From: Candidatus Latescibacterota bacterium
Lineage (GTDB): Bacteria; Latescibacterota; UBA2968
DNA length: 64,000 nt
Direction of reading: 5' to 3'
NCBI GenBank assembly: GCA_965198115.1
Contig: OZ240241.1
Location: forward strand, 8,096,001 to 8,160,000
Positions within the stretch are counted from its first letter, which is position 1, and every line of letters starts with the position of its first letter. The position numbers and the translations under genes were made by a program. Shown one piece after another: positions 41,174 through 51,871 of this stretch. The notes beneath the pieces were generated by a model. It had not been told where the DNA came from. It was given only the letters and a program-made list of their open reading frames with translations, and did no database searches.

Positions 41174-42435
41174 GTGCATGGTTTAATAAATATTATTACG
41201 TATGTCTTGAACATTATTTGTAGCTTATGTTCTCCTTCAAAAGGAGGAGAACAATGCCAAGACGTTCGCCTTATGTGGTGCTACTGTCTGAGAAGGAACG
41301 GGTCGACCTCGAGCGAATGGCTGGACAATATACGTTACCGTATTATCAAGTGATCCGATCGAAAATCGTGCTTCTCGCCGCCGAGGGATTATCCAACAAG
41401 ATTATCGCCCAACGGTTGGATGTCCCGCGTCCGATCGTAAGCAAATGGCGTAAGCGCTTTTTCGAAGAGCGTCTTTCGGGACTCGAAGATAGATCTCGTC
41501 CCGGGCGCCCGCCCGGTTTTCCCCCCTCAGGTGGTCGTTCAGATCAAGGCGCTGGCGTGTGAACTACCGAGCGAGAGCGGGATACCGCTCTCGCGGTTCA
41601 GCTGTTCCGAGATTGCCGCCGAGGCAGTGCAAAGGGGCTTCGTTGCCAAGATCAGCGGCGCCACTGTCTGGCGCTGGTTGAACGAGGACGCGATTCGTCC
41701 TTGGTATCATCGCTCCTGGATTTTCCCACGGGACCCGGACTTCCAAACCAAAGCAGGTAGAGTCCTTGATCTGTATCACCGCCAATGGCAAGGAAAGCCT
41801 TTAGGGCCGAGGGAATATGTACTTTCTGCCGACGAAAAGACCAGTATTCAAGCACGAGCTCGCAAGCACGTTACCCTACCGCCAGCCTCGAACAGAGCGG
41901 CACGCGTTGAAACACGAATACGAGCGGAAAGGAGCCCTGGCCTATCTGGCTGCTCTCGACGTGCACAATGGTCGAATCTTCGGTCTCTGTGAGTCTTCTT
42001 CGGGTATCGAGCCCTTCAACCGGCTCCTGAGCCTGATCATGAGCCGGAAACCCTATTGCTCGGCAAAGAAAGTCTACCTCATCGTGGATAATGGCTCCTC
42101 GCACCGAGGGCAAACATGCATCGACCGTATCCAGGGGAAGTGGCCAAACATCCACCCCGTTCACCTTCCGATCCACGCAAGCTGGCTCAATCAGATCGAG
42201 ATCTACTTCTCGATCCTCAAACGCAAGGCTCTGACACCTATCGAATTTGCATCGCTCGAAGAGCTTGAGGCAAGAATCCTCGGTTTTCAGGAACGCTACG
42301 GACGTATCGCCACACCCTTCAAATGGAAGTTTACACGAACAGATCTCGCGGAGATGATCGACAAACTCAGGTTCTACGATACGCCCTTGGCAAAGTCTGC
42401 TTATAATACGTCACCGTATTTGAGAACAGGAGTAC
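41174..42435 (+). mobile_element. IS630-family element (orfA from 41254, orfB reached by a frameshift)
   Basis: HTH orfA, slippery TTTTCCCCCC near 41517, and DDE motifs SADEKT, IVDNGSSH, HASWLNQIE. Degenerate IRs; TAA repeated at 41171-41173 and 42436-42438; an extra frameshift near 41910. Confidence 0.85.
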
Positions 42436-42516
42436 TAAGCCAGATTTCACGCAAGCCAGAAGCCAACCAGATTTCTCCCGTGCGTCCTGGCGTGTCGCAG
42501 ATCCGGAGACAGACGT

Positions 42517-43515
42517 ATGTCTGAAGAAATCGATCTTTCGCAGTTCGATGACATTCCCGATCGCGTGGAACGGGCGAAGGCCAAGGCTGAGGCCATTCGA
42601 AAGATGCGAGAAGGTGACGACAGCGAAGCGCCCGCCCCAGAGCCTGCGCCGGCACAGGAGCCAGCGGCCGAGGCCGAGAGCCCCGAACCCGCTGAAGAAC
42701 CCGCGCCCGTAGCGAGCGCGTCAGAAGGAGGCGAGGGCGAGGTCGACCTGACCGAGTTCGACCATATCACCGATCGCGTCGAACGTGCCAAGGCCAAGGT
42801 GGAAGCGATGCGCAAAGCCGGTGGCGGCGGTGGCGTGGCTGCTTCGGGCGCGGCTCCGGCCAAGAAGGCACCCGCCAAGAAAGCCGCGAGCGCGGCCGAC
42901 AGGGCAGCAGCGGCTCGAGCTCTGACGGAAAAGGGTGACGGCCCGGGACAAGTGATCGTTCAGACGACACCCGCACCCCCCGACATCCGTCCGGGTCCCG
43001 AACGCATCGTTCCGATTGCGTCGGGCGGCATGACGACGCGACGCGGTTTTTTCTCCTGGTTGACGCTTGCGTGGGTGTCATTCGCGGCAGCCTCGACGGC
43101 CGCGCTGGCCGCGACGGGTCGGTTCCTTTTCCCAAACGTCCTGTTCGAGCCGCCACAATCCTTCAAGATCGGGTTTCCCGAAAACTACGATCTGGGTGTT
43201 GACGAACGATGGAAGGATAAGTTTTCGGTTTGGATCGTGAAGGAAACGGAACAGATGTATGCCCTGATTTCGGTCTGTACGCACCTGGGGTGCACTCCAA
43301 ATTGGCTCGCCGGCGATCAAAAGTTCAAATGCCCTTGCCACGGGAGCGGTTTTTTCAGTACGGGCATCAACTTCGAAGGTCCGGCCCCGCGTCCCCTTGA
43401 ACGTGCGCGAATCGTACTGTCCGAAGACGGACAAATCCTGATCGACAAGAACTCGAAGTACCAGTGGGAAAAGGGACAGTGGGAAAATCCTGAGTCCTTC
43501 CTCAAGTTGATCTGA
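42517..43515 (+). CDS. Rieske Fe-S subunit of a cytochrome bc complex with a long repeat-bearing N-terminal extension
   Basis: CTHLGC, CPCHGS and GPAPRPL motifs; TRRGFF Tat-like motif before the TM helix. Confidence 0.93.
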   Translation: MSEEIDLSQFDDIPDRVERAKAKAEAIRKMREGDDSEAPAPEPAPAQEPAAEAESPEPAEEPAPVASASEGGEGEVDLTEFDHITDRVERAKAKVEAMRKAGGGGGVAASGAAPAKKAPAKKAASAADRAAAARALTEKGDGPGQVIVQTTPAPPDIRPGPERIVPIASGGMTTRRGFFSWLTLAWVSFAAASTAALAATGRFLFPNVLFEPPQSFKIGFPENYDLGVDERWKDKFSVWIVKETEQMYALISVCTHLGCTPNWLAGDQKFKCPCHGSGFFSTGINFEGPAPRPLERARIVLSEDGQILIDKNSKYQWEKGQWENPESFLKLI

Positions 43516-43540
43516 TTCATTCACTCGCTCCGGAGCACAC

Positions 43541-44326
43541 ATGCCGAAGACTTCCGATCTGATGGACCAGGTCAAACGGACCCAGATCTGGCGATCGCTT
43601 TTCAGACACGATATTCCGAGAGACGAACGGGGACGGGCGCAGGTCGTCCTGACGAACGTCTTCCTCCATCTGCACCCTGTGCGAACACCCAAATCGGGTA
43701 TTCGTGTGCGCTATACGTGGTGTATGGGGGGGCTCACGTTTTTCATCTTCATGGTCGAAACGGTGACGGGCATCCTGCTGATGTTCTACTACCGGCCCAC
43801 CCTCGAGTACGCGTATACCGATATCATCGATCTGGGCGAACAGGTTCCGCTGGGCATTATGCGCGAGATCCATCGCTGGGGTGCCCACCTGATGATCATC
43901 ACGGTCTGGCTGCACATGCTTCGAGTGTTTATGACCGGATCCTACAAACCGCCGCGAGAGTTCAATTGGGCGATCGGCGTCATCCTGCTCCTGCTCACGC
44001 TGTTGCTCAGCTTTACGGGTTACTTGCTGCCGTGGGATCAGTTGGCTATCTGGGCGATCACCGTGGGTTCGAACATGGCGAGGGCCACACCGTTCCTGGG
44101 ACACGAGGGCCCGGGTGCCGCTTTCCTGAAGGTTGGCGAAGTGGGCCTGGTTCACGCGGGGGACGATGCCCGGTTCGGGCTGCTCGCGGGACGATTCGTC
44201 GGGGAGGGGGCGCTGCTTCGATTCTACGTGTTGCACTGCCTTGCGATTCCGTTCATCGCGACCATCCTGATGGCCGTTCACTTCTGGCGTGTTCGTAAAG
44301 ATGGGGGCATCTCCGGGCCGATGTAG
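43541..44326 (+). CDS. Cytochrome b6-like N-terminal subunit (split cytochrome b)
   Basis: WCMGG (heme ci Cys), IHRWGAH..LHM, TGYLLPWDQ..WA and FYVLH..HF. Confidence 0.92.
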   Translation: MPKTSDLMDQVKRTQIWRSLFRHDIPRDERGRAQVVLTNVFLHLHPVRTPKSGIRVRYTWCMGGLTFFIFMVETVTGILLMFYYRPTLEYAYTDIIDLGEQVPLGIMREIHRWGAHLMIITVWLHMLRVFMTGSYKPPREFNWAIGVILLLLTLLLSFTGYLLPWDQLAIWAITVGSNMARATPFLGHEGPGAAFLKVGEVGLVHAGDDARFGLLAGRFVGEGALLRFYVLHCLAIPFIATILMAVHFWRVRKDGGISGPM

Positions 44327-44347
44327 ACCTGGCGATTTTGGAGGGAT

Positions 44348-45424
44348 ATGGAAGCCTTTAAGTCTCTAATCAATTGGTTAGCTGCGCCGGAAAAACTGCT
44401 GGGCATGGCCACGGTCTTCGTGTTGGTGGGTCTTCGAACACGTCAGCTCTGGACAAACATGGCTGGCCTGATCGGGCTGATAGCCTTCACCGTTTTCTTT
44501 ATTTTCAGCTTCCAGGATCCGAACTTCCGAATCATCGTCACGAAGCCTGACAACGTCCCGATCGTCCTGCTGTTTCTATTCGTGGGTTTCTTCATGTGGC
44601 TGAGCATGAAGCAGGCGCACGAGAACGACGAGCGAATCGCGGCTGGTGGGGAGCCGATCGAAAAGACCGAATACGAAGAGAAGGTCCTGACCTGGCCCCA
44701 CCTGGTTTACACCGAGCTCATCTGCCTGACGTTGATGACGGTCGCACTCATCCTCTGGTCGATTCTGATTCACGCCCCGCTCGAAGAACCGGCGAATCCC
44801 GCCAAGACGCCCAACCCGTCCAAAGCGCCGTGGTATTTTCTGGGACTGCAGGAGATGCTCGTCTACTACGATCCGTGGATCGCCGGCGTGGTGCTTCCGA
44901 CGCTCGTGATCGTCGGGCTCATGGCGATACCTTATATCGACCGCAACACGAAGGGTGGGGGCTACTACACCTTCAAAGAGCGCCCTTTTGCCATCACGGT
45001 GTTCCTGTTCGGGTTCGTGGTGTTGTGGGTGGCGCTGATCGTGATCGGGACCTTCCTGCGCGGCCCCAACTGGAACTTCTTCGGGCCCTACGAGTATTGG
45101 GATGCTCACAAGCTCGAAGCACTCGTGAACGTCAATCTGTCGGAGTTCATCTTCGTCAAGTGGATGGGAACGGGGTTGCCTCAGTTCTGGCTATTCAGGG
45201 AGGTCTGGGGGCTCATTCTCGTGGCTCTCTACTTCCTGCTACCACCGCCGATCCTGGCCAGAACGCTTTTCAAAGACTTTTACAAACAGCTCGGGATCGA
45301 ACGCTACAGCCTTCTGGTTCTGTTCTTTCTCTGCATGGTGGCGTTGCCCGTGAAGATGTTGCTTCGGTGGACCTTCAACCTCAAGTACATCGTCGCCATT
45401 CCCGAATACTTCTTCAACATCTAA
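44348..45424 (+). CDS. Cytochrome b subunit IV-like membrane subunit
   Basis: APLEEPANP..TPNPSKAPWYF (PEWY-equivalent) and IPYID. Confidence 0.85.
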   Translation: MEAFKSLINWLAAPEKLLGMATVFVLVGLRTRQLWTNMAGLIGLIAFTVFFIFSFQDPNFRIIVTKPDNVPIVLLFLFVGFFMWLSMKQAHENDERIAAGGEPIEKTEYEEKVLTWPHLVYTELICLTLMTVALILWSILIHAPLEEPANPAKTPNPSKAPWYFLGLQEMLVYYDPWIAGVVLPTLVIVGLMAIPYIDRNTKGGGYYTFKERPFAITVFLFGFVVLWVALIVIGTFLRGPNWNFFGPYEYWDAHKLEALVNVNLSEFIFVKWMGTGLPQFWLFREVWGLILVALYFLLPPPILARTLFKDFYKQLGIERYSLLVLFFLCMVALPVKMLLRWTFNLKYIVAIPEYFFNI

Positions 45425-45455
45425 CCTCATCCGCCCGCGTCCTGGAGTCATTTAG

Positions 45456-48400
45456 ATGAACGGTGAGAAGCAAGGCTTTGTCGACTTTGTCTACAACCTC
45501 GACAAGCTGAACATGATCTTTGCACTGTCGAGCGTCGCACTCGCGATCTCGACGGTCTGGATGGTGTGGGCGGACTACGATCGCGAATGGAAGGACGTTC
45601 AGCGTGCGGCGATGGCACTGGAGCAGCACAAGGTCGAATCCGACATCGCCGCCGAAGCAGCTGCGATCGATCAGGATCATCTGGAAGGTATCGAATCGCG
45701 TCTCAAGGAGGTCGAGGCGTCGATCGCGGGCAAGGGCGATGCGCTCACGGTCGTTCAGGACACTCTAGAGATCTTGAGAGGTGAGCATTACATCGCCGAT
45801 CAGAATTTCAAGTTCGAAAAGGCCGAGTACGACGTCGTGAAGTACGAGTACGAGGAGGCCGCCCACCACCACCACGTTGAGGAAGCCGCCGAGAAGAAGG
45901 CGGCGATGGAAGAGATGGAACGGCGGATGGCGGGCTTTCGTCTGGTGCTCGAGGCGGCCGAGGTGCGCCGAGAAGAGCAGCGCGCTAACCTGGCCGAAAT
46001 CGAGAAGGAGAAAATTGCCCTCGAGGCGGAGAAGAACGCGCTGTTTAAGGACACAGGACTTCTGGAGCGACGATTAGCGAACCTCGAACCTTCGTTCCAG
46101 AACCAGTTCCGCAACGCGCCCCTGGTCGACTTCATCGATCCCACCGTCAAAGTCCGACAGATCGTTTTGGGCAACCTGAAGAACGACATCAACTTCATTA
46201 CGGTGCCGAAGGTCGATCGATGCAACAGTTGCCACGTGAACATCGACCGCGAGGGTTTCGAGATCGATTGGGAGACGGCGACGTTCAAGGATGAGGTGCT
46301 GGCCGGCTATGTGGCCGACAACTACGACGAAGATGAACGGATCGGTATGACGAAGGTCCTAGCCTCCCATCCGAATCTGGATCTGTTCATGACGAGCGGG
46401 TCACCCCATCCGATGGAAGGCGTGGGCTGCACGTCGTGCCACCAGGGACGGGATCGAGGCATCACGTTCGTCAACACCGCGCATACGCCGAGCGATGCCG
46501 AGGAGGAAGAGCGATGGCATCGACTCTATGGATGGCACAAGATGCACCACTGGGACTTCCCGATGTACCCGACGCAGTATGTCGAACAGTCGTGCACTAC
46601 GTGTCATCAAGGCGTGGTAGACGTGCCTAAAGCCGTCAACCTGAACCGTGGGATCCACCTTATCAAGACGCTCGGCTGCCACGGGTGCCACAAAATCGAG
46701 GGCTATACCGACCTTCGTAAGGTGGGCCCGGATCTGACCCGTGTCGCGAGCAAGATCAAGCCCGACTGGACACACAAGTGGATTCGCGATCCAAAGGGAT
46801 TCCGTTCGACGACAAAGATGCCCAAGATCTTCGATCTTGAGAACGTGAGCTCGCCCCAAGACCGTGCGCGCAACACCGCCGGGATCGACGCTATTACCAC
46901 CTATCTGTTCGACAAGTCCGAGAAAATAGACTACCCCGAACCCTCGACGAGGGGTGACACCGCCCGAGGCGAAAAGCTGGTCTCTCAAGTGGGCTGCCGG
47001 GCGTGCCACGTGGTCGGCGCGGGCGATGACGCTGGTCAGAACTACGGCCTACGCAACTTCGGTCCGAATCTCAACGATGTGGGCAGCAAGCTCGAAGCCG
47101 GTTGGCTCTTTACCTGGGTCAAAGACCCCACTCAGTACTTCCCCGAAACACTGATGCCCAACCTGCGGTTGACGGACCAGGAGGCAGCCGACATTACGGC
47201 TTACCTCCTGACTCTGCGGAACGTGGACTTCGAGAACCGGCGTCCCGCCGAGGTTGACAAGACGGTACGTGACGACCTGGCGCTCGACTTTCTGAAGGGC
47301 CGGATGCCGGTCAGAGCAGCGGAAGCCGAACTCGCGGGGATGTCTGATCACGATCGGGATGTCTTCCTCGGCGAGCGCATGATTTCGAAGCAGGGCTGCT
47401 ACGGTTGCCACCTTATCGACGGGTTCGAGGGTGTTACGCCCATCGGCACGGAGCTGACACTCGAGGGCAGCAAGGACGTGGCCAAACTCGACTTCGCCCT
47501 GAACCCCACGGAGATCCCTCACACCCGCCACGACTGGTTCTTCACGAAGCTCAAGCAGCCCCGTCTGTTCGATGAAGGCAAGGTCAAGTCGTTCCAGGAC
47601 AAGCTGCGCATGCCGGACTTCGGTCTGAGCGACGAGGATGCGCATTCCCTGACACTTGCCCTCCTGAGCTACAGCAAAAACTTCGTGGAATCGTCGGCAA
47701 TGAGGCACCTGTCGGCAGCAGAGGCGGAGATCGAGCGGGGTCGTAAGCACGTTTATGAACGGAACTGCCGAGGCTGTCACGTCGTTGAAAATGAAGGTGG
47801 TGCCATTCAGGATGTTTTGGCCAGGACGTATGTGACCGAGCTTGTGAGTGCGGCCGAGGCGGTGGGCTTCACGCCGCCGAATCTGAATGGGGAGGGACGG
47901 AAGGTCAAGCCCGAATGGTTGTTCGCCTTCCTTCGGAACGTGTCTCCGATCCGACCGTGGCTGGATGTTCGTATGCCGACGTTCGGGTTCAACGACGAGG
48001 AGTCGGTCGACATCACAACCTACTTCTCACGAGCGGACGAGCAGCCGTTCCCCTATCGAACGTTTGTCGAGATGCAGTTGACGTCTCGTGAGATGCAGGG
48101 AGCTGAGCTCATGTTCACCCCAGACGTCTACAATTGCTGGACGTGCCACCAACAGGGCGACATTCAGCCCAAAGGCGACCCGGCCAGCTGGGCACCCGAT
48201 CTGACGATGGCGCGGGAGCGTCTCAAGGCAGATTGGATTCGAGACTGGCTGATGGACCCGCAGCAGATTCAGCCCGGTACGAAGATGCCGACGTTCTTCG
48301 GTGATGCGCAGACCTATCTGCCCGAAAACATGGCCGCGTATTTGCCACTGCCCGAGGGCGTGGAGCCCGAGTATGGGGTGCTTCAGCTTCCGACCGATAT

Positions 48401-48470
48401 CGTGATCGACGCGCTTACGAACTACGTCGTTCACGGATTGCACCAGAACGTGAGGGTCAGTCAACGCTGA
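45456..48470 (+). CDS. Membrane-anchored multiheme cytochrome c (8 CxxCH) with a coiled-coil stalk
   Basis: CNSCH, CTSCH, CTTCH, CHGCH, CRACH, CYGCH, CRGCH and CWTCH; N-terminal TM. Confidence 0.9.
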   Translation: MNGEKQGFVDFVYNLDKLNMIFALSSVALAISTVWMVWADYDREWKDVQRAAMALEQHKVESDIAAEAAAIDQDHLEGIESRLKEVEASIAGKGDALTVVQDTLEILRGEHYIADQNFKFEKAEYDVVKYEYEEAAHHHHVEEAAEKKAAMEEMERRMAGFRLVLEAAEVRREEQRANLAEIEKEKIALEAEKNALFKDTGLLERRLANLEPSFQNQFRNAPLVDFIDPTVKVRQIVLGNLKNDINFITVPKVDRCNSCHVNIDREGFEIDWETATFKDEVLAGYVADNYDEDERIGMTKVLASHPNLDLFMTSGSPHPMEGVGCTSCHQGRDRGITFVNTAHTPSDAEEEERWHRLYGWHKMHHWDFPMYPTQYVEQSCTTCHQGVVDVPKAVNLNRGIHLIKTLGCHGCHKIEGYTDLRKVGPDLTRVASKIKPDWTHKWIRDPKGFRSTTKMPKIFDLENVSSPQDRARNTAGIDAITTYLFDKSEKIDYPEPSTRGDTARGEKLVSQVGCRACHVVGAGDDAGQNYGLRNFGPNLNDVGSKLEAGWLFTWVKDPTQYFPETLMPNLRLTDQEAADITAYLLTLRNVDFENRRPAEVDKTVRDDLALDFLKGRMPVRAAEAELAGMSDHDRDVFLGERMISKQGCYGCHLIDGFEGVTPIGTELTLEGSKDVAKLDFALNPTEIPHTRHDWFFTKLKQPRLFDEGKVKSFQDKLRMPDFGLSDEDAHSLTLALLSYSKNFVESSAMRHLSAAEAEIERGRKHVYERNCRGCHVVENEGGAIQDVLARTYVTELVSAAEAVGFTPPNLNGEGRKVKPEWLFAFLRNVSPIRPWLDVRMPTFGFNDEESVDITTYFSRADEQPFPYRTFVEMQLTSREMQGAELMFTPDVYNCWTCHQQGDIQPKGDPASWAPDLTMARERLKADWIRDWLMDPQQIQPGTKMPTFFGDAQTYLPENMAAYLPLPEGVEPEYGVLQLPTDIVIDALTNYVVHGLHQNVRVSQR

Positions 48471-48526
48471 TCTGCAGCGACACACCGACACGGTTCAACC
48501 CGGCGGGGTTGAAAGGAGATAGGAAG

Positions 48527-49255
48527 ATGTTTAAAAATGGGATGAAAGTGATGTGGGTTTTTGTTTTAGGCCTCGTGGTGACGGTCGAAGCGACGGCCGG
48601 CGGCAGTGTGGCGGGCAAGGCGACCTTCACGGATGGGCCCCAGAAGCGTCGCGTGATCAAGATGGCGGCCGATCCGGTCTGCGCATCGAAACACACCGAT
48701 GTCGTCAGGAGCGAAGCCCTGCTCGTCGGGGCCGGCAACGGAATGCAGAACGTGTTCGTTTACGTCAGCAAGGGGCTCGAAGGGAAGTCCTTCCCTGTGC
48801 CCGCCGAAGCGGCCGTACTCGATCAGAAGGGATGTCTCTACGTGCCCCGCGTGATGGGTGTGATGGCAGGACAGAAAATCAAAGTCCTCAACAATGACGG
48901 CACGCTTCACAACGTTCATCCCAAGCCTAAGGTCAACACAGAGTTCAACCTGGCCATGCCCAAGTTTTTGAAGGTCAAGGAAGTCAGCCTCGACCAGCCC
49001 GAGGTGATGATTCCCGTCAAGTGCGATGTTCACCCCTGGATGTCGGGTTCGATCGGTGTCCTTACCCATCCGTTCCACAGTGTGACGGGCGAAGCCGGGT
49101 CCTACAGCCTCGACGACGTACCGGCTGGTAGCTATACCTTGACGGCTTGGCACGAGATATTCGGTACCAAGTCACAGGACGTTACTGTCACAGATGGTGG
49201 GGCAGCCTCGGTAGACTTTTCGTTTTCGCTTGCAGATCTGAAGAGGGGCAAGTAA
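48527..49255 (+). CDS. Secreted cupredoxin-like/carboxypeptidase-regulatory-like protein
   Basis: Signal peptide; LDQKGC, LHNVH, CDVHPWM and AWHE motifs. Confidence 0.8.
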   Translation: MFKNGMKVMWVFVLGLVVTVEATAGGSVAGKATFTDGPQKRRVIKMAADPVCASKHTDVVRSEALLVGAGNGMQNVFVYVSKGLEGKSFPVPAEAAVLDQKGCLYVPRVMGVMAGQKIKVLNNDGTLHNVHPKPKVNTEFNLAMPKFLKVKEVSLDQPEVMIPVKCDVHPWMSGSIGVLTHPFHSVTGEAGSYSLDDVPAGSYTLTAWHEIFGTKSQDVTVTDGGAASVDFSFSLADLKRGK

Positions 49256-49267
49256 ATAGGGATCTAC

Positions 49268-49300
49268 GAGAGGAGTCGCGAAGTCAGGCTCCTCTCTTTT
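49268..49300 (+). terminator. Intrinsic terminator-like hairpin between the bc and oxidase sub-clusters
   Basis: GAGAGGAG...CTCCTCTC followed by TTTT. Confidence 0.5.
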
Positions 49301-49333
49301 AGTCTCGCAGAGCTTTCCTAGGGAGGGGCTCGC

Positions 49334-50101
49334 ATGCAAGAAAAGGTCTACGGTTATTGGCTCCCACTCAACGTCTCCGCCCGCGGAGAGGCGATCGACC
49401 AGCTGATCAACGTTACTCACGTTTTCATGCTGGTGCTGTTCGTGGGGTGGGGCATTTTCTTTGTCTATTGCCTGATTCGGTATCGTCAGGGCGCGAATCC
49501 CAACGCGACCTACGATCCGATCAAAGCCAAGCCCTCGAAGTATATAGAGATTTTCATCATTGTCTTCGAGACGGTCCTTCTCGTCGGGCTTTCCATGCCC
49601 GTCTGGTCCCAGTTCAAGTCGGACCTTCCCGCCGAATCCGAGGCCGTCCACATTCGCGTGCTGGGCGAGCAGTTCGCCTGGAACATCCACTACGCCGGGC
49701 AAGACGGTGTCTTTGGGCGAACGGGTCCCCAGTTCATCACGCCCGAGAACCTGCTGGGTCTGGATCCGGACGATCCCAGCGGCAAGGACGATTTCAACTC
49801 CCTCAACAACCTGCACGTGCCCGTCAACAAGCCGATCCTGATCAAGCTGACCACGAAGGACGTGATCCACAGTTTCAAGGTTCCGGTTTTGCGTCTGACC
49901 CAGGACGCCATTCCGGGTCAGGAGATTCCATTCTGGTTCGAGGCGACTCGAACGGGCGATTTCGATATCGCCTGTGCGCAGCTGTGCGGGCTCGGACATT
50001 TTCGCATGCGGGGACGACTGCATATCCAAACACAAGCCGACTACGAAGCCTGGCTTGTAGATCAGGAACCCGAAGAAGATGATGGCGGCTTCGCTTTTTA
50101 A
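49334..50101 (+). CDS. coxB: Cytochrome c oxidase subunit II
   Basis: QFAW, DVIHSF and CuA motif CAQLCGLGHFRM. Confidence 0.95.
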   Translation: MQEKVYGYWLPLNVSARGEAIDQLINVTHVFMLVLFVGWGIFFVYCLIRYRQGANPNATYDPIKAKPSKYIEIFIIVFETVLLVGLSMPVWSQFKSDLPAESEAVHIRVLGEQFAWNIHYAGQDGVFGRTGPQFITPENLLGLDPDDPSGKDDFNSLNNLHVPVNKPILIKLTTKDVIHSFKVPVLRLTQDAIPGQEIPFWFEATRTGDFDIACAQLCGLGHFRMRGRLHIQTQADYEAWLVDQEPEEDDGGFAF

Positions 50102-50113
50102 GGAGAACTTCTG

Positions 50114-51868
50114 ATGAGTGTCGCACACGATAGTCACTCAGAGGCACACGGGCATCACGAGGAGTTGTCCTTCATCTGGAAGTACGTCTTCTCGGCCGAC
50201 CACAAGGTGATCGGCATCCAGTATGCGCTGACTGCGATGGTCTTCCTGCTATCCGGCTTTTCCATGATGATGATGATGCGCTGGCAGCTGGCGTATCCGG
50301 GAGAGCCGCTCCCGCTGATCGGCACGCTCTTCAGCGAGGCGAACATGCCCGGGGGGATCATGGTGCCCGAGTTCTACAACCAGCTCGGGGCCATGCACGG
50401 GACGATCATGGTTTTCATGGGGGTCGTTCCTCTGGCGATCGGCGGGTTCGGGAACTACGTGCTCCCCCTCCAGATCGGGGCACCCGACATGTCGTTTCCG
50501 AGGATCAACATGCTCAGCTACTGGGTCTTCCTGCCCGGCGGCCTGATCATGCTCGCCAGCTTTTTCGCCGAGGGTGGCGCCGCGCAGTCCGGGTGGACAT
50601 CCTACTCGCCTCTCGCCAACATTGCGCCACCGGGACAGACGTGGTGGCTCATCGGCATGATTTTCCTGATCACGTCCTCCTTGTTGGGTGCGCTCAATTT
50701 TATCGTGACGACGGTGCAACTTCGCGCCGAAGGGCTTTCGTTTTTCCGTCTGCCTTTTTTCGTGTGGGCCCAGTTCGTAACGGCCTTCCTGCTCCTGCTG
50801 GCCTTTCCACCTCTGGAGGCGGCAGGGATTCTGCAGTTGATGGACCGTGTAGGGGGAACGAGCTTCTTTCTGCCAGCTGGCCTGGTGATCACGGGGCAGC
50901 CTCTCGAGGTGGCCGGGGGTGGCAGCCCTCTGCTGTGGCAGCATCTGTTCTGGTTTCTCGCACATCCCGAAGTTTACGTGTTGATTCTGCCAGGCATGGG
51001 GATCGTGTCCGAGATCGTTGCCAACAACACACGGCGACCGCTCTGGGGGTATCGCACACTCGTCTATTCTATCGTATTCCTGGGCTTTACGTCGTTCATC
51101 GTGTGGGCTCACCACATGTTCATGACGGGGATGGGCACGGCAATGAGCACGTTCTTCCAGGCAACGACGATGATCATCTCGATTCCTTCGGTGATCATCC
51201 TGACGGCCCTGGCGCTTTCGTTCCACGGTGGGTCGATCCGGTTCAACACGCCCATGCTTTTCGCCCTGACGTTCATCCCGATGTTCGCGATCGGGGGGCT
51301 GACGGGTCTGCCCCTCGGGCTGACGACATCGGACCTTCACCTTCACGACACCTACTACGTGATCGGACACTTCCACTACGTCGTAGCCCCGGGCACTATT
51401 TTCGCCCTGCTCGCAGGCATTTATTTCTGGTTCCCGAAGGCAACGGGGCGCTATATGAGTGAGGGACTAGGCAAGATTCACTTCTGGCTCTCGCTCATTG
51501 GGATGAACGTGGTCTTTATGCCCATGCTGTTCATCGGGATGGCCGGCGTTTCCCGCAGACTCTACGACCAGACACAGTATGCTTACGGCGCCCAGGTCCA
51601 GGACCTGACGACTTTTGGATCCTACGGAGCGTGGCTTCTGGGCGTGGCTCAAATCTTCTTCATTGTCAACCTGATCGTGAGTATGAAGAGCGGTAAGAAG
51701 GTCGAGTCCGACAATCCGTGGAAGGCTACGACGCTCGAATGGGCTACGCCGACGCCTCCGCCCCACGGAAACTTTACGGAAGTGCCCAAGGTCTATCGGG
51801 ACCCTTATGAGTACAGCGTACCCGGCGCCAGTAGCGATTTCACGCCCCAAAACGTAGAGGAGGGCTGA
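50114..51868 (+). CDS. coxA: Cytochrome c oxidase subunit I (A1-type)
   Basis: DHKVIG, MHG, HPEVYVLILP, WAHHM and HDTYYVIGHFHY. Confidence 0.97.
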   Translation: MSVAHDSHSEAHGHHEELSFIWKYVFSADHKVIGIQYALTAMVFLLSGFSMMMMMRWQLAYPGEPLPLIGTLFSEANMPGGIMVPEFYNQLGAMHGTIMVFMGVVPLAIGGFGNYVLPLQIGAPDMSFPRINMLSYWVFLPGGLIMLASFFAEGGAAQSGWTSYSPLANIAPPGQTWWLIGMIFLITSSLLGALNFIVTTVQLRAEGLSFFRLPFFVWAQFVTAFLLLLAFPPLEAAGILQLMDRVGGTSFFLPAGLVITGQPLEVAGGGSPLLWQHLFWFLAHPEVYVLILPGMGIVSEIVANNTRRPLWGYRTLVYSIVFLGFTSFIVWAHHMFMTGMGTAMSTFFQATTMIISIPSVIILTALALSFHGGSIRFNTPMLFALTFIPMFAIGGLTGLPLGLTTSDLHLHDTYYVIGHFHYVVAPGTIFALLAGIYFWFPKATGRYMSEGLGKIHFWLSLIGMNVVFMPMLFIGMAGVSRRLYDQTQYAYGAQVQDLTTFGSYGAWLLGVAQIFFIVNLIVSMKSGKKVESDNPWKATTLEWATPTPPPHGNFTEVPKVYRDPYEYSVPGASSDFTPQNVEEG

Positions 51869-51871
51869 GCG

